Assembly (NCBI GenBank): GCA_963790825.1
Contig: CAWBPM010000004.1
Coordinates: 94,987-158,986 of the forward strand
From: Candidatus Levyibacteriota bacterium
GTDB lineage: Bacteria; Patescibacteriota; Microgenomatia; Levybacterales; UBA12049
DNA: 64,000 nucleotides
Reading direction: 5' to 3'
The notes beneath the pieces are model-generated. The model saw nothing but the letters and a program-made list of their open reading frames with translations, was not told the DNA's origin and searched no databases. The position numbers were made by a program, and so were the translations under genes. Each line of letters opens with the position of its first letter. The first letter of the stretch is position 1. Positions 56,557 through 64,000 of the stretch are shown here, piece by piece.

Positions 56557-57606
56557 ATGGATACGAAAATAAACAAAGAACAACAAACAGAGAGCGAACA
56601 GATAACACCTGAGGAGGAGGTGCTTCTAACCTCAGTCCGCGCGAAAAGTTGGGAAGAATATTACGGTCAGAAGGAGCTTAAGGAATCAATCATGATTGCG
56701 ATTGAGGCTGCAAAGAAACGGAAAGAAGCGTTGGAGCATATTCTTCTTTATGGTCCTCCGGGTCTTGGGAAAACGACACTTTCTCATATTATTGCCAAAG
56801 AAATGGGAGCAAAGATCCGGGTTACCTCGGGACCTGCAATTGAAAGAGCAGGAGATCTGGCATCAATCCTTACAAACCTAGAAAAAGGAGACATCTTATT
56901 TATCGATGAGATTCACCGTTTAAATAAGGTTGTTGAGGAAACACTCTATCCGGCAATGGAAGATTATGCACTGGATATTATTATCGGTAAGGGTCCATCG
57001 GCAAGGACCCTGCGGCTTGATCTTCCGCAGTTTACGATCATTGGAGCAACTACAAGGGTCGGACTTCTTTCAAGTCCATTGAGGGACCGTTTTGGTGTCG
57101 TTCATCGGTTAAATTTTTACAAACATGAAGAGCTCGAGCGAATTATTCTAAATGCTGCAAAAAAACTCCAGGTAAAAATTGACCCAAGTAGTGCAAAAGA
57201 GCTCTCAAAGAGAGCGCGCGGTACGCCGAGAATCGCTCTTAAGCTCCTGAAGCGTGCCAGGGATTACGCTCAGGTAAAAGGTAAAGGGGAGATTACCAGT
57301 GAATTAACAAGGGAAGCCCTGGAAATACTTCGCGTGGACACCTTGGGACTTGAAAACATTGATATCTGGTTTCTTGAAGCAATTATTAAAAAGTATAATG
57401 GAGGACCGGTCGGAATCGAAACAATTGCTTCAACGATCGCGGAAGACATTGGTACGCTTGAGGATATGATCGAGCCCTACCTGCTGCAAATTGGTTTTAT
57501 TAAGCGGACCCCAAAAGGTCGCATGGTAACAAAAGCAGGCTACGAGCATCTGGGAATTCCTTATCCCCAAAACCCGGATGATCCAAAACAGCAGCGTTTA
57601 TTATAG
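56557..57606 (+). CDS. ruvB: Holliday junction branch migration ATPase RuvB
   Basis: Walker [11 protein letters not shown], Walker [11 protein letters not shown], sensor [16 protein letters not shown]. Confidence 0.9.
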   Translation: MDTKINKEQQTESEQITPEEEVLLTSVRAKSWEEYYGQKELKESIMIAIEAAKKRKEALEHILLYGPPGLGKTTLSHIIAKEMGAKIRVTSGPAIERAGDLASILTNLEKGDILFIDEIHRLNKVVEETLYPAMEDYALDIIIGKGPSARTLRLDLPQFTIIGATTRVGLLSSPLRDRFGVVHRLNFYKHEELERIILNAAKKLQVKIDPSSAKELSKRARGTPRIALKLLKRARDYAQVKGKGEITSELTREALEILRVDTLGLENIDIWFLEAIIKKYNGGPVGIETIASTIAEDIGTLEDMIEPYLLQIGFIKRTPKGRMVTKAGYEHLGIPYPQNPDDPKQQRLL

Positions 57607-57644
57607 AAAAAATAGTAGTTGTTGACTGTTGAAATATTGGCAAC

Positions 57645-58316
57645 TCAAGCTAGCTGCTGAAGTATGATGACTTGCGAGTTAACAACATTTGTTTTAAACG
57701 TAGTTTCCGCATCAGAACACTTATCTCCCAGTTGTCTTTTATAATGTATCGGAATGGTGATTTTCGCCCCAATCGCATTCGCGGCAGCACTCGCTTCCGC
57801 TACGTCCATTGTATATGTCCCGCCAATTGGCAGCAAGGCAACATCCAATTGCTTCTCTTTTAAAGTTTGCATCTCGGGAATATAATCCGTGTCACCTGCA
57901 TGATAAATCTTTTTCCCGTTTAGATAAAAAACGTAACCCACCCAGTGACTGTCTTTCGGATGGAACATTAATCGGTCCGGGTGGATATTATATGCGGGAA
58001 TTGTTAAGAACCTGAAATCCTGGAGAGTATACTCTTTATTTGGTTCAACAGGAAATTGCCTCTTTGGATCCCAGGTAATTTTATCCAGGCAGTTTTGCGG
58101 TGCAATAATGATGCTGGTATTTTTGACTACTTTTACGATGTCAACTGGTGACAAATGGTCAGGATGCGCATGGGTAATAAATACCAGATCACCTTTTGGC
58201 AAATTTGCTTGGGTTAGCAAAAAGGGATCAACATAATAAATCTTGTTACCGGTTTTTTTGTCGGTAAAATAAAAGCCGGCATTTCCCAACCAAATAATAT
58301 CATTAAGATCATTCAT
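57645..58316 (-). CDS. MBL-fold metallo-hydrolase
   Basis: HAHPDH motif (FITHAHPDHLSPV) and a later HAGD motif. Confidence 0.65.
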   Translation of the reverse strand: MNDLNDIIWLGNAGFYFTDKKTGNKIYYVDPFLLTQANLPKGDLVFITHAHPDHLSPVDIVKVVKNTSIIIAPQNCLDKITWDPKRQFPVEPNKEYTLQDFRFLTIPAYNIHPDRLMFHPKDSHWVGYVFYLNGKKIYHAGDTDYIPEMQTLKEKQLDVALLPIGGTYTMDVAEASAAANAIGAKITIPIHYKRQLGDKCSDAETTFKTNVVNSQVIILQQLA

Positions 58317-58404
58317 AAATTGAGTATAGAATAAACCCGAAAAAAAGTCTGTAAGAGAAAAGTAAATTTTTACTTTCTTAGCAATCGAAGAGGATTTATT
58401 TATT

Positions 58405-59937
58405 TTAATAAAGAGAGCTTTCTATTTTCGGGCGGTACTGCAGTGCTTCGGCAAGATGTTTTGGCAGAATGTTCTTTACACCTTCTAAATCAGCAATAGT
58501 TCTTGCGAGTTTAATCGTCCGATAATAAGACCTTCCCGATAGATTCATTTTCATAGCTGCCAGGCGTAGAAGCGCCAACGAATCCTCGGCTAAGGGGCAG
58601 AAAGCTTTTATATCTTTATTATTCATTTCGGCGTTACTCATAATTTTCGTTTTTTGAAACCTGGCTGTTTGTATATCTCTGGCGGATTGTACCCGCTTGC
58701 GAATTTCAGATGAAGATTCAATATTTTGAGTATCCTGCTCGGTCAGTTTTTCTACCCTTACCGCAGGTACGTCCAGATGAATATCGATACGGTCCAGAAT
58801 CGGTCCGGAAACCTTTTTATGATAACGCAATATTTGCGAAGGCAAGCATGTACATTCTCTTTTACTATCTCCTAAGTATCCACACATGCAAGGATTTTGT
58901 GCTGCGACAAGCATACACTTAGCAGGAAAGGTTACTTTTCCGTTTGCCCGAGAAATTGTGACAATGTTGTCTTCGATTGGCTGTCTGAGAGCTTCTAATA
59001 TTATGCGGGGAAATTCGGGAAATTCATCCAGAAACAATACTCCCCGGTGAGCCAGAGTAATCTCACCAGGCTTGGGGCTGCTGCTTCCGCCGATAAGTCC
59101 TGCCAGGGAGGTCGTGTGGTGAGGCGAACGAAACGGACGTTTTCTCATAATGCTTTCGCTTTGCAAAAGACCCGCTATGCTATAAATCTTGGTTACTTCC
59201 ACTGCTTCTTCAAATGTAAGATAGGGCAGAATGGAAGGCAAAGTTCTTGCCAGTAGCGTTTTGCCGGCACCCGGCGGACCCTTCATTAAAATATTGTGTC
59301 CTCCAGCTGCCGCTATCTCGAGTGCTCGTTTGGCAAGCTGCTGGCCCTTAACATCCTTCATATCAAAGTCAAAAATCTCCTCTTTATCACAATCGAAACG
59401 TAAAGGAAGTGCCGGTTGAATGGGCAATATATTGGTAAGGTGGTTGAAAAGACTAAGAAGTGAGGATACAGGATAAATCGTAAGCCCTTGGACAATAGCT
59501 GCTTCTTTCGTATTCGCTTCAGGGATAAACACCTCTTTGATATGCAGCTTTTGTGCAAGGAGGACTTGGGGCAAAACGCCGGTTGTACTTCTAACTCTTC
59601 CATCGAGCGATAACTCACCAGTAAAAAAGGCATTTGTAATATCCGCCTTAATCTGTTCAGATGCCAGAAGTATGCCAACGGCAATCGGCAGATCATACGA
59701 AGGGCCTTCTTTGGGTAAATCCGCGGGAGCTAAATTTACCGTAATCCGTTTTGCCGGAAAATCAGCTCCTGAATTTCGAATTGCCGAGCGGACGCGTTCC
59801 TTTGCTTCCTCAACTGCTTTATCGGGTAGCCCGACAATTGTAAATGAGGGAAGGCCTTGGGAGGCAATATCAATTTCAACTTCAACCGGGACTGCGTCAA
59901 TTCCGATAACAGCAGCAGATAATACTTTTGCGAGCAT
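58405..59937 (-). CDS. comM: YifB/ComM-family Mg-chelatase-like AAA+ ATPase
   Basis: N-terminal MLAKVLSAAVIGIDAVPVEVEIDI, Walker A GPPGAGKT, VLFLDEFPEF. Confidence 0.8.
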   Translation of the reverse strand: MLAKVLSAAVIGIDAVPVEVEIDIASQGLPSFTIVGLPDKAVEEAKERVRSAIRNSGADFPAKRITVNLAPADLPKEGPSYDLPIAVGILLASEQIKADITNAFFTGELSLDGRVRSTTGVLPQVLLAQKLHIKEVFIPEANTKEAAIVQGLTIYPVSSLLSLFNHLTNILPIQPALPLRFDCDKEEIFDFDMKDVKGQQLAKRALEIAAAGGHNILMKGPPGAGKTLLARTLPSILPYLTFEEAVEVTKIYSIAGLLQSESIMRKRPFRSPHHTTSLAGLIGGSSSPKPGEITLAHRGVLFLDEFPEFPRIILEALRQPIEDNIVTISRANGKVTFPAKCMLVAAQNPCMCGYLGDSKRECTCLPSQILRYHKKVSGPILDRIDIHLDVPAVRVEKLTEQDTQNIESSSEIRKRVQSARDIQTARFQKTKIMSNAEMNNKDIKAFCPLAEDSLALLRLAAMKMNLSGRSYYRTIKLARTIADLEGVKNILPKHLAEALQYRPKIESSLY

Positions 59938-59975
59938 ACCATTATCATAGCAAATAGATGAGCTTGATTACAGGC

Positions 59976-60512
59976 TTAATTATGCCCTAAGTATTCTTTT
60001 AGTAATTCTACAGCAATGCCGCGCATGCTGATTTTATTTTTCTCTACCTTACTCATTTGTCCAAAAGTTTTCTTGGACCCAACTGGTTGAAAAACAGAAT
60101 TAAAGCCAAACGTACTTTCTCCTTTGGGCGAGACGATATTTCCCCTAACCGTTCCTTCAAAAAAATGCATATCATCTTTATTTTTTGCGAAGCCAATAAT
60201 TGTACTACATACAGCCTTGGAGTTTCCCAGTTTGGTCACTAAATTATATAAGCCATCAAATCCCAATTTTTCCTCAAACCATTTTCCCAAAGGACCCGGA
60301 AGTCCATTAAGACAATCAAGATATAAGCTGGTATCCTCGACTATAAAGGGGCCGGGATGATATTTAAGTGCTTCCTGAAGTTTATGTCTGATGATTTTAT
60401 GCGGATCCAATTCTTGAATTTCCGTCAGGCTGATAGTTGATTGTCTAAGGCCCGGAAGCAGTTTTTTAACCTCGGCGAATTTATATTTATTACTTGTGAT
60501 AAAAGTAAGCAT
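59976..60512 (-). CDS. rdgB: Non-canonical purine NTP pyrophosphatase (RdgB/HAM1/Maf-Ham1 family)
   Basis: FITSNKYKFAEV and FIVEDTSLYLDCLNGLPG motifs. Confidence 0.75.
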   Translation of the reverse strand: MLTFITSNKYKFAEVKKLLPGLRQSTISLTEIQELDPHKIIRHKLQEALKYHPGPFIVEDTSLYLDCLNGLPGPLGKWFEEKLGFDGLYNLVTKLGNSKAVCSTIIGFAKNKDDMHFFEGTVRGNIVSPKGESTFGFNSVFQPVGSKKTFGQMSKVEKNKISMRGIAVELLKEYLGHN

Positions 60513-60519
60513 AGAATAG

Positions 60520-61278
60520 TTAACTATTCAAGTTGAGAATAAATTTTTCAATGATATCCGCAACACCATCCTCGTCGACGCTTGGGGCGACATAATCAGC
60601 AATCGCCTTAAGCTCCTGCACGGCATTTCCCATTGCTATTTTTAGTCCACAGGCCATAAGTAAGGGAAAATCATTATCGCCGTCTCCCACACCGATAATC
60701 TCATATGTTTCAATACCTAAAATTTTAGCCACTTCAAAAATTGCCTGCTGCTTGGTTGCTAAACTATTAGAAATTGTGATCCACACTTTACCGTTTTCAT
60801 ACCCGGGAATTTTATAAGCAATAATGGTTGGAATATGGGAAAAAGCAAAAATCAGCTGGTCTGCAACTTCGGGAGACAGTTCTTTGCAAAAGACCTGGGT
60901 TAACTTATTTGGTATATAATCGGTGGCATAAAGCTGGTAAAGACCTGTTGTCTCTTGGATGAAAAATGGCTGTTTCTGTGTTTGCAATATAGTTCTGATT
61001 TCTGCAAAATCCGAATCGGAAATTAAATGTTCCGAGAGAATCCGGTGATGCGTCAAGTCGATAATTTGAGCTCCGCTATTTAAAATTGATGGGCCTGAAA
61101 GGGAAAGCCGTTTAATAATTGCAGAGGACGTATAGTATGATCTGGAAGTAGCGATACCCACATGAAGTAATTTGCTGGCTTTTTTGATTGCTTCTACGAC
61201 TTTTTCAGAAGGCAGACCGTCGGGCGTATTGGGAATCGTTGTTCCGTCCAGATCCAGCATGAGGGCTTTATACTTCAC
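60520..61278 (-). CDS. HAD-superfamily hydrolase, Cof-like
   Basis: Motif I LMLDLDGT and C-terminal GDGDND. Confidence 0.7.
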   Translation of the reverse strand: MKYKALMLDLDGTTIPNTPDGLPSEKVVEAIKKASKLLHVGIATSRSYYTSSAIIKRLSLSGPSILNSGAQIIDLTHHRILSEHLISDSDFAEIRTILQTQKQPFFIQETTGLYQLYATDYIPNKLTQVFCKELSPEVADQLIFAFSHIPTIIAYKIPGYENGKVWITISNSLATKQQAIFEVAKILGIETYEIIGVGDGDNDFPLLMACGLKIAMGNAVQELKAIADYVAPSVDEDGVADIIEKFILNLNS

Positions 61279-61414
61279 GCAGTTTATTCTAACTGGGGAT
61301 TATAGGAAAAGCAAGGCTTCTTCTATACTTGCCGCTCTGCCCCGCTAAGTAGGGACGGGGCTAGCATTATACTTATTGTATTTTATTTACAGAGGGGTAT
61401 ACAATACTTTCACT

Positions 61415-63193
61415 ATGGACCAGGTCTCACAAATCCGCGAAAAAATTGATATTGTTTCTTTTATCGGTGAGTTCATTTCTCTCAAGCGCGGCGGGAAAAA
61501 TTTTAAAGCTAATTGTCCCTTTCATGGAGAAAAAACACCATCATTTATGGTTTCACCCGAGAGGCAAATCTGGCACTGCTTCGGTTGCGGAAAAGGAGGA
61601 GACGTTTACTCTTTTCTTATGGAGTATGAGCATTGTGATTTTCCTGAGGCACTACGTCTCCTTGCGAAGCGCACCGGTATTACCCTAACACAGTTTGGTC
61701 GAGACTTAGGTCAAAGTTCAAAAAAAGAACAGATGTATCAACTTAATGCTATAGCATTAGAGTTCTACCACTTTGTTTTAACCAAGCACCCCGCAGGGAA
61801 AAAGGCATTAATGTATCTTGAAAACCGAGGAGTGAACCCAAAAGTAATCGAAACATTTCAGCTGGGATTCGCGCCCGTGCAAAAAAATAGCTTGACGAGG
61901 TTTTTACTTGGTAAAAAAAATTACACAAAAGAAGATCTCTTTGAAGCAGGGCTTGCTACTTATCGTGACGGGGGAATGTTTGACTTTTTTCGGGGCAGGC
62001 TTATCTTTCCCTTGATGGATCACAGGGATAATGTCGTCGGATTCTCGGGCAGGATTTTAGATGATGCGTCTCCTTTCGCCGGGCCAAAATATATTAATAC
62101 TAAAGAAACTCTGATCTACCACAAAGGGGAACTTTTCTATGGTCTGCATATTACCAAAGAGGCAATAAGACGGGAAAAGCAGGCAATTCTCCTTGAGGGA
62201 GAATTTGACGTTCTTTCTTGTTTCCAGGAAGGGGTAAGTAATGTAGTGGCGGTGAAAGGGACAGCCTTGACAGATTTTCAGGTGCAGCTTCTATCCCGCT
62301 ATGTACCTAAAGTTACTGTTTGTTTTGACGGTGATCGGGCAGGGCAAGAAGCGATTAAAAGAAGCCTGCCATTAATAGAGAAACGGGGACTCGCAACAAC
62401 GGTTATTGTTATTCCAAACGGTAAAGATCCTGATGAGGCACTAAAAAAAGACCCAATCAGTTTCAAAAAAGCAGTTGCAGAAGACAGTAATGTTTACGAG
62501 TATCTTTTTTTCGAGGCGCTTGCCAACTCTGACAGAAAAACAGCCGAAGGAAAGCAAAAAATCGCAGATGCACTTCTCCCGACAATCGCTGATATTGAGA
62601 ACGCGATAGTCAGAGAGCATTACTTAAAGAAAATAAGTACGGAGCTTGATACCACATACGAAAGTATTTTAAAAGAAATACAGCGAATACAAAAAAAAGA
62701 ACTGAAAGGAGTACCGGTCAAAGCCAATCAAGAAGTAAAAAAATCACGCGAAGAAAATCTGGAGGAATATTTACTCTCACTTATATTGCAAAGCGAAGAG
62801 CCGAAAGCTGCTACCCAAAAAGCAGCTCTAGTACTCACAGATGTTATGCCCAAAGAACGTGCGCAGCAAAAAATATTTTATCACCTACTTTCCTTTAGCG
62901 AAAAGACCGGTGCAATTACCACCCGGCAGCTTGGAGTAGATCTTAAAGCAGAGCTGTTGGAAAGCTTCAATCGCGCTTTTCTATTTCCGCTGCTTCCTTT
63001 TCCCAACAAAGAAGCAGAACTAATAGAAATCAGTAAAGTAGCCACTAAACTTTGTGAACTATACCTGCATGCGAAGATAAAGGCGCTTGGGATACAAATA
63101 AAAGAGAAAGAAACAAGCGGAATAAATAGTGAAGTAGGAAAACTAAAAGAGAATATTTCTGAATTAACAGCAAAATTACAAGCCTTAGAATAG
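61415..63193 (+). CDS. dnaG: DNA primase
   Basis: Zinc-ribbon CPFHGEKTPSFMVSPERQIWHCFGCGKGGD and TOPRIM EGEFDVLS...DGDRAG. Track ORF trimmed to MDQVSQIREKIDIV. Confidence 0.85.
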   Translation: MDQVSQIREKIDIVSFIGEFISLKRGGKNFKANCPFHGEKTPSFMVSPERQIWHCFGCGKGGDVYSFLMEYEHCDFPEALRLLAKRTGITLTQFGRDLGQSSKKEQMYQLNAIALEFYHFVLTKHPAGKKALMYLENRGVNPKVIETFQLGFAPVQKNSLTRFLLGKKNYTKEDLFEAGLATYRDGGMFDFFRGRLIFPLMDHRDNVVGFSGRILDDASPFAGPKYINTKETLIYHKGELFYGLHITKEAIRREKQAILLEGEFDVLSCFQEGVSNVVAVKGTALTDFQVQLLSRYVPKVTVCFDGDRAGQEAIKRSLPLIEKRGLATTVIVIPNGKDPDEALKKDPISFKKAVAEDSNVYEYLFFEALANSDRKTAEGKQKIADALLPTIADIENAIVREHYLKKISTELDTTYESILKEIQRIQKKELKGVPVKANQEVKKSREENLEEYLLSLILQSEEPKAATQKAALVLTDVMPKERAQQKIFYHLLSFSEKTGAITTRQLGVDLKAELLESFNRAFLFPLLPFPNKEAELIEISKVATKLCELYLHAKIKALGIQIKEKETSGINSEVGKLKENISELTAKLQALE

Positions 63194-63247
63194 TAGCGCT
63201 TGCGTTTTGTTCTGGACTTCGCTACAATGGGTAAATTCCCCGGGAGG

Positions 63248-64000
63248 CGGTAGGGTTTTTCTGTAGTATGACAAAGCAAAAGTTACCACCAATTTTAACT
63301 GACATTGTTACATCTGCGAAAAAACGTGGTTATATCACCCAAGACGAGATTTTAGGCATTTATTCACGCCCTGAAGAACATATTTTAGAACTGGACGGGC
63401 TGTATGACAAGCTTATGCAGTCGAATATTGACGTGTTTGAAAGCGTTGCCCGGGAAAGTGATGATCAGAAGCCGATTGAAGACCTGGAAAAAGAGCTCGA
63501 AGCATTGACAGTTCTGGCAGAGGGGACAGTTTCTGATCCGGTTCGCATGTATCTTAAAGAAATCGGTAGAATCCCACTTCTTAATTTCAATCAAGAAATC
63601 GAGCTGGCCAAGCGAGTTGAGAAAGGAGACAAGAAAGCAAAAGAAATCTTAGTAAATTCAAATTTGCGTCTCGTCGTTTCAATTGCGAAAAAATATATTG
63701 GCCGGGGATTATCTCTTCTGGATTTAATCCAGGAAGGCAATCAGGGATTAATTCGCGCAGTAGAAAAATACGACTGGCGCCGTGGATATAAATTTTCTAC
63801 ATATGCGACATGGTGGATTCGCCAATCAGTTACCCGTGCGATTGCCGATCAGGCCAGAACAATTAGAATTCCAGTGCATATGGTTGAAAATATCAATAGG
63901 TTTTTACGGACATCACGAAAATTAATGCAAGAACTCGGACGTGAGCCGACACCCGAGGAAGTAGCCAAGGCACTTGGGATCGAGCCTGATAAGGCTCTTG
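63248..64000 (+). CDS. rpoD: RNA polymerase sigma-70 factor RpoD, partial (runs off window)
   Basis: Region 1.2/2 motifs [74 protein letters not shown] read in frame from an ATG near 63248. Start is approximate. Confidence 0.75.

Noticed and set aside
1-64000. CRISPR arrays, integrase or transposase genes, toxin-antitoxin pairs
   Set aside because: I found no evenly spaced direct repeats, no recognisable recombinase or transposase, and no small adjacent toxin/antitoxin-like ORF pairs. The only mobile-element signal is indirect (tRNA fragments and the compositional island).

Overview
This 64 kb window looks like a chromosomal segment from a Candidate Phyla Radiation (Patescibacteria)-type bacterium with roughly 45% GC. 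The call rests on compact housekeeping genes, five VirB2-like pilin paralogs, Pro/Thr-rich linkers and generally weak Shine-Dalgarno signals. The window contains the replication origin neighbourhood: dnaN and dnaA on the minus strand, then rpmH-rnpA-yidD-yidC-jag on the plus strand, with a perfect DnaA box TGTGGATAA near 42021-42029. Other core genes are pgk, a class II aldolase, valS, rplY/ctc, ruvCAB, comM/yifB, rdgB, dnaG and the start of rpoD.

The 5' end carries competence-type genes (a large type IV prepilin-like protein and comFC). Next comes a dense tRNA region: Ser-GCU, a second Ser-like tRNA with an odd anticodon, Ser-GGA, Arg-CCG, Ser-CGA, Arg-GCG and Ser-UGA. tRNA-Ser gene fragments lie beside it.

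Two accessory regions stand out. The first is a very AT-rich glycan-biosynthesis island at about 9.25-16.45 kb. It contains a membrane glycosyltransferase-like protein, an undecaprenyl-phosphate GT2 (GtrB/ArnC-like) with a small membrane partner, two GT4 enzymes, a NeuD/PglD-type acetyltransferase and a DegT-type aminotransferase.

The second, at about 16.5-38.9 kb, is a type IV secretion/pilus-like locus lying directly beside oriC. It contains a VirB6-like polytopic protein, a 1450-aa highly charged protein with no recognisable domain, and an ATPase-domain/OmpR-type winged-helix regulator. It has five VirB2/TrbC-like pilin paralogs, two of them fused to large extracellular N-terminal domains through Pro/Thr linkers. 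Interleaved with the pilins are GT-C-fold membrane glycosyltransferase-like genes (one frameshifted at a T7 tract) and a methyltransferase. The locus also holds a PrgI/VirB3-like protein, a VirB4 ATPase, a surface protein carrying a (Gly-Thr)13 tandem repeat and an SLT-like domain, and a secreted CHAP hydrolase. No VirD4 coupling protein or relaxase is visible in the window.

Coding coordinates follow the supplied ORF track, with starts trimmed to ATG where noted. tRNA and rpmH coordinates were derived by hand and may be off by a few nucleotides.
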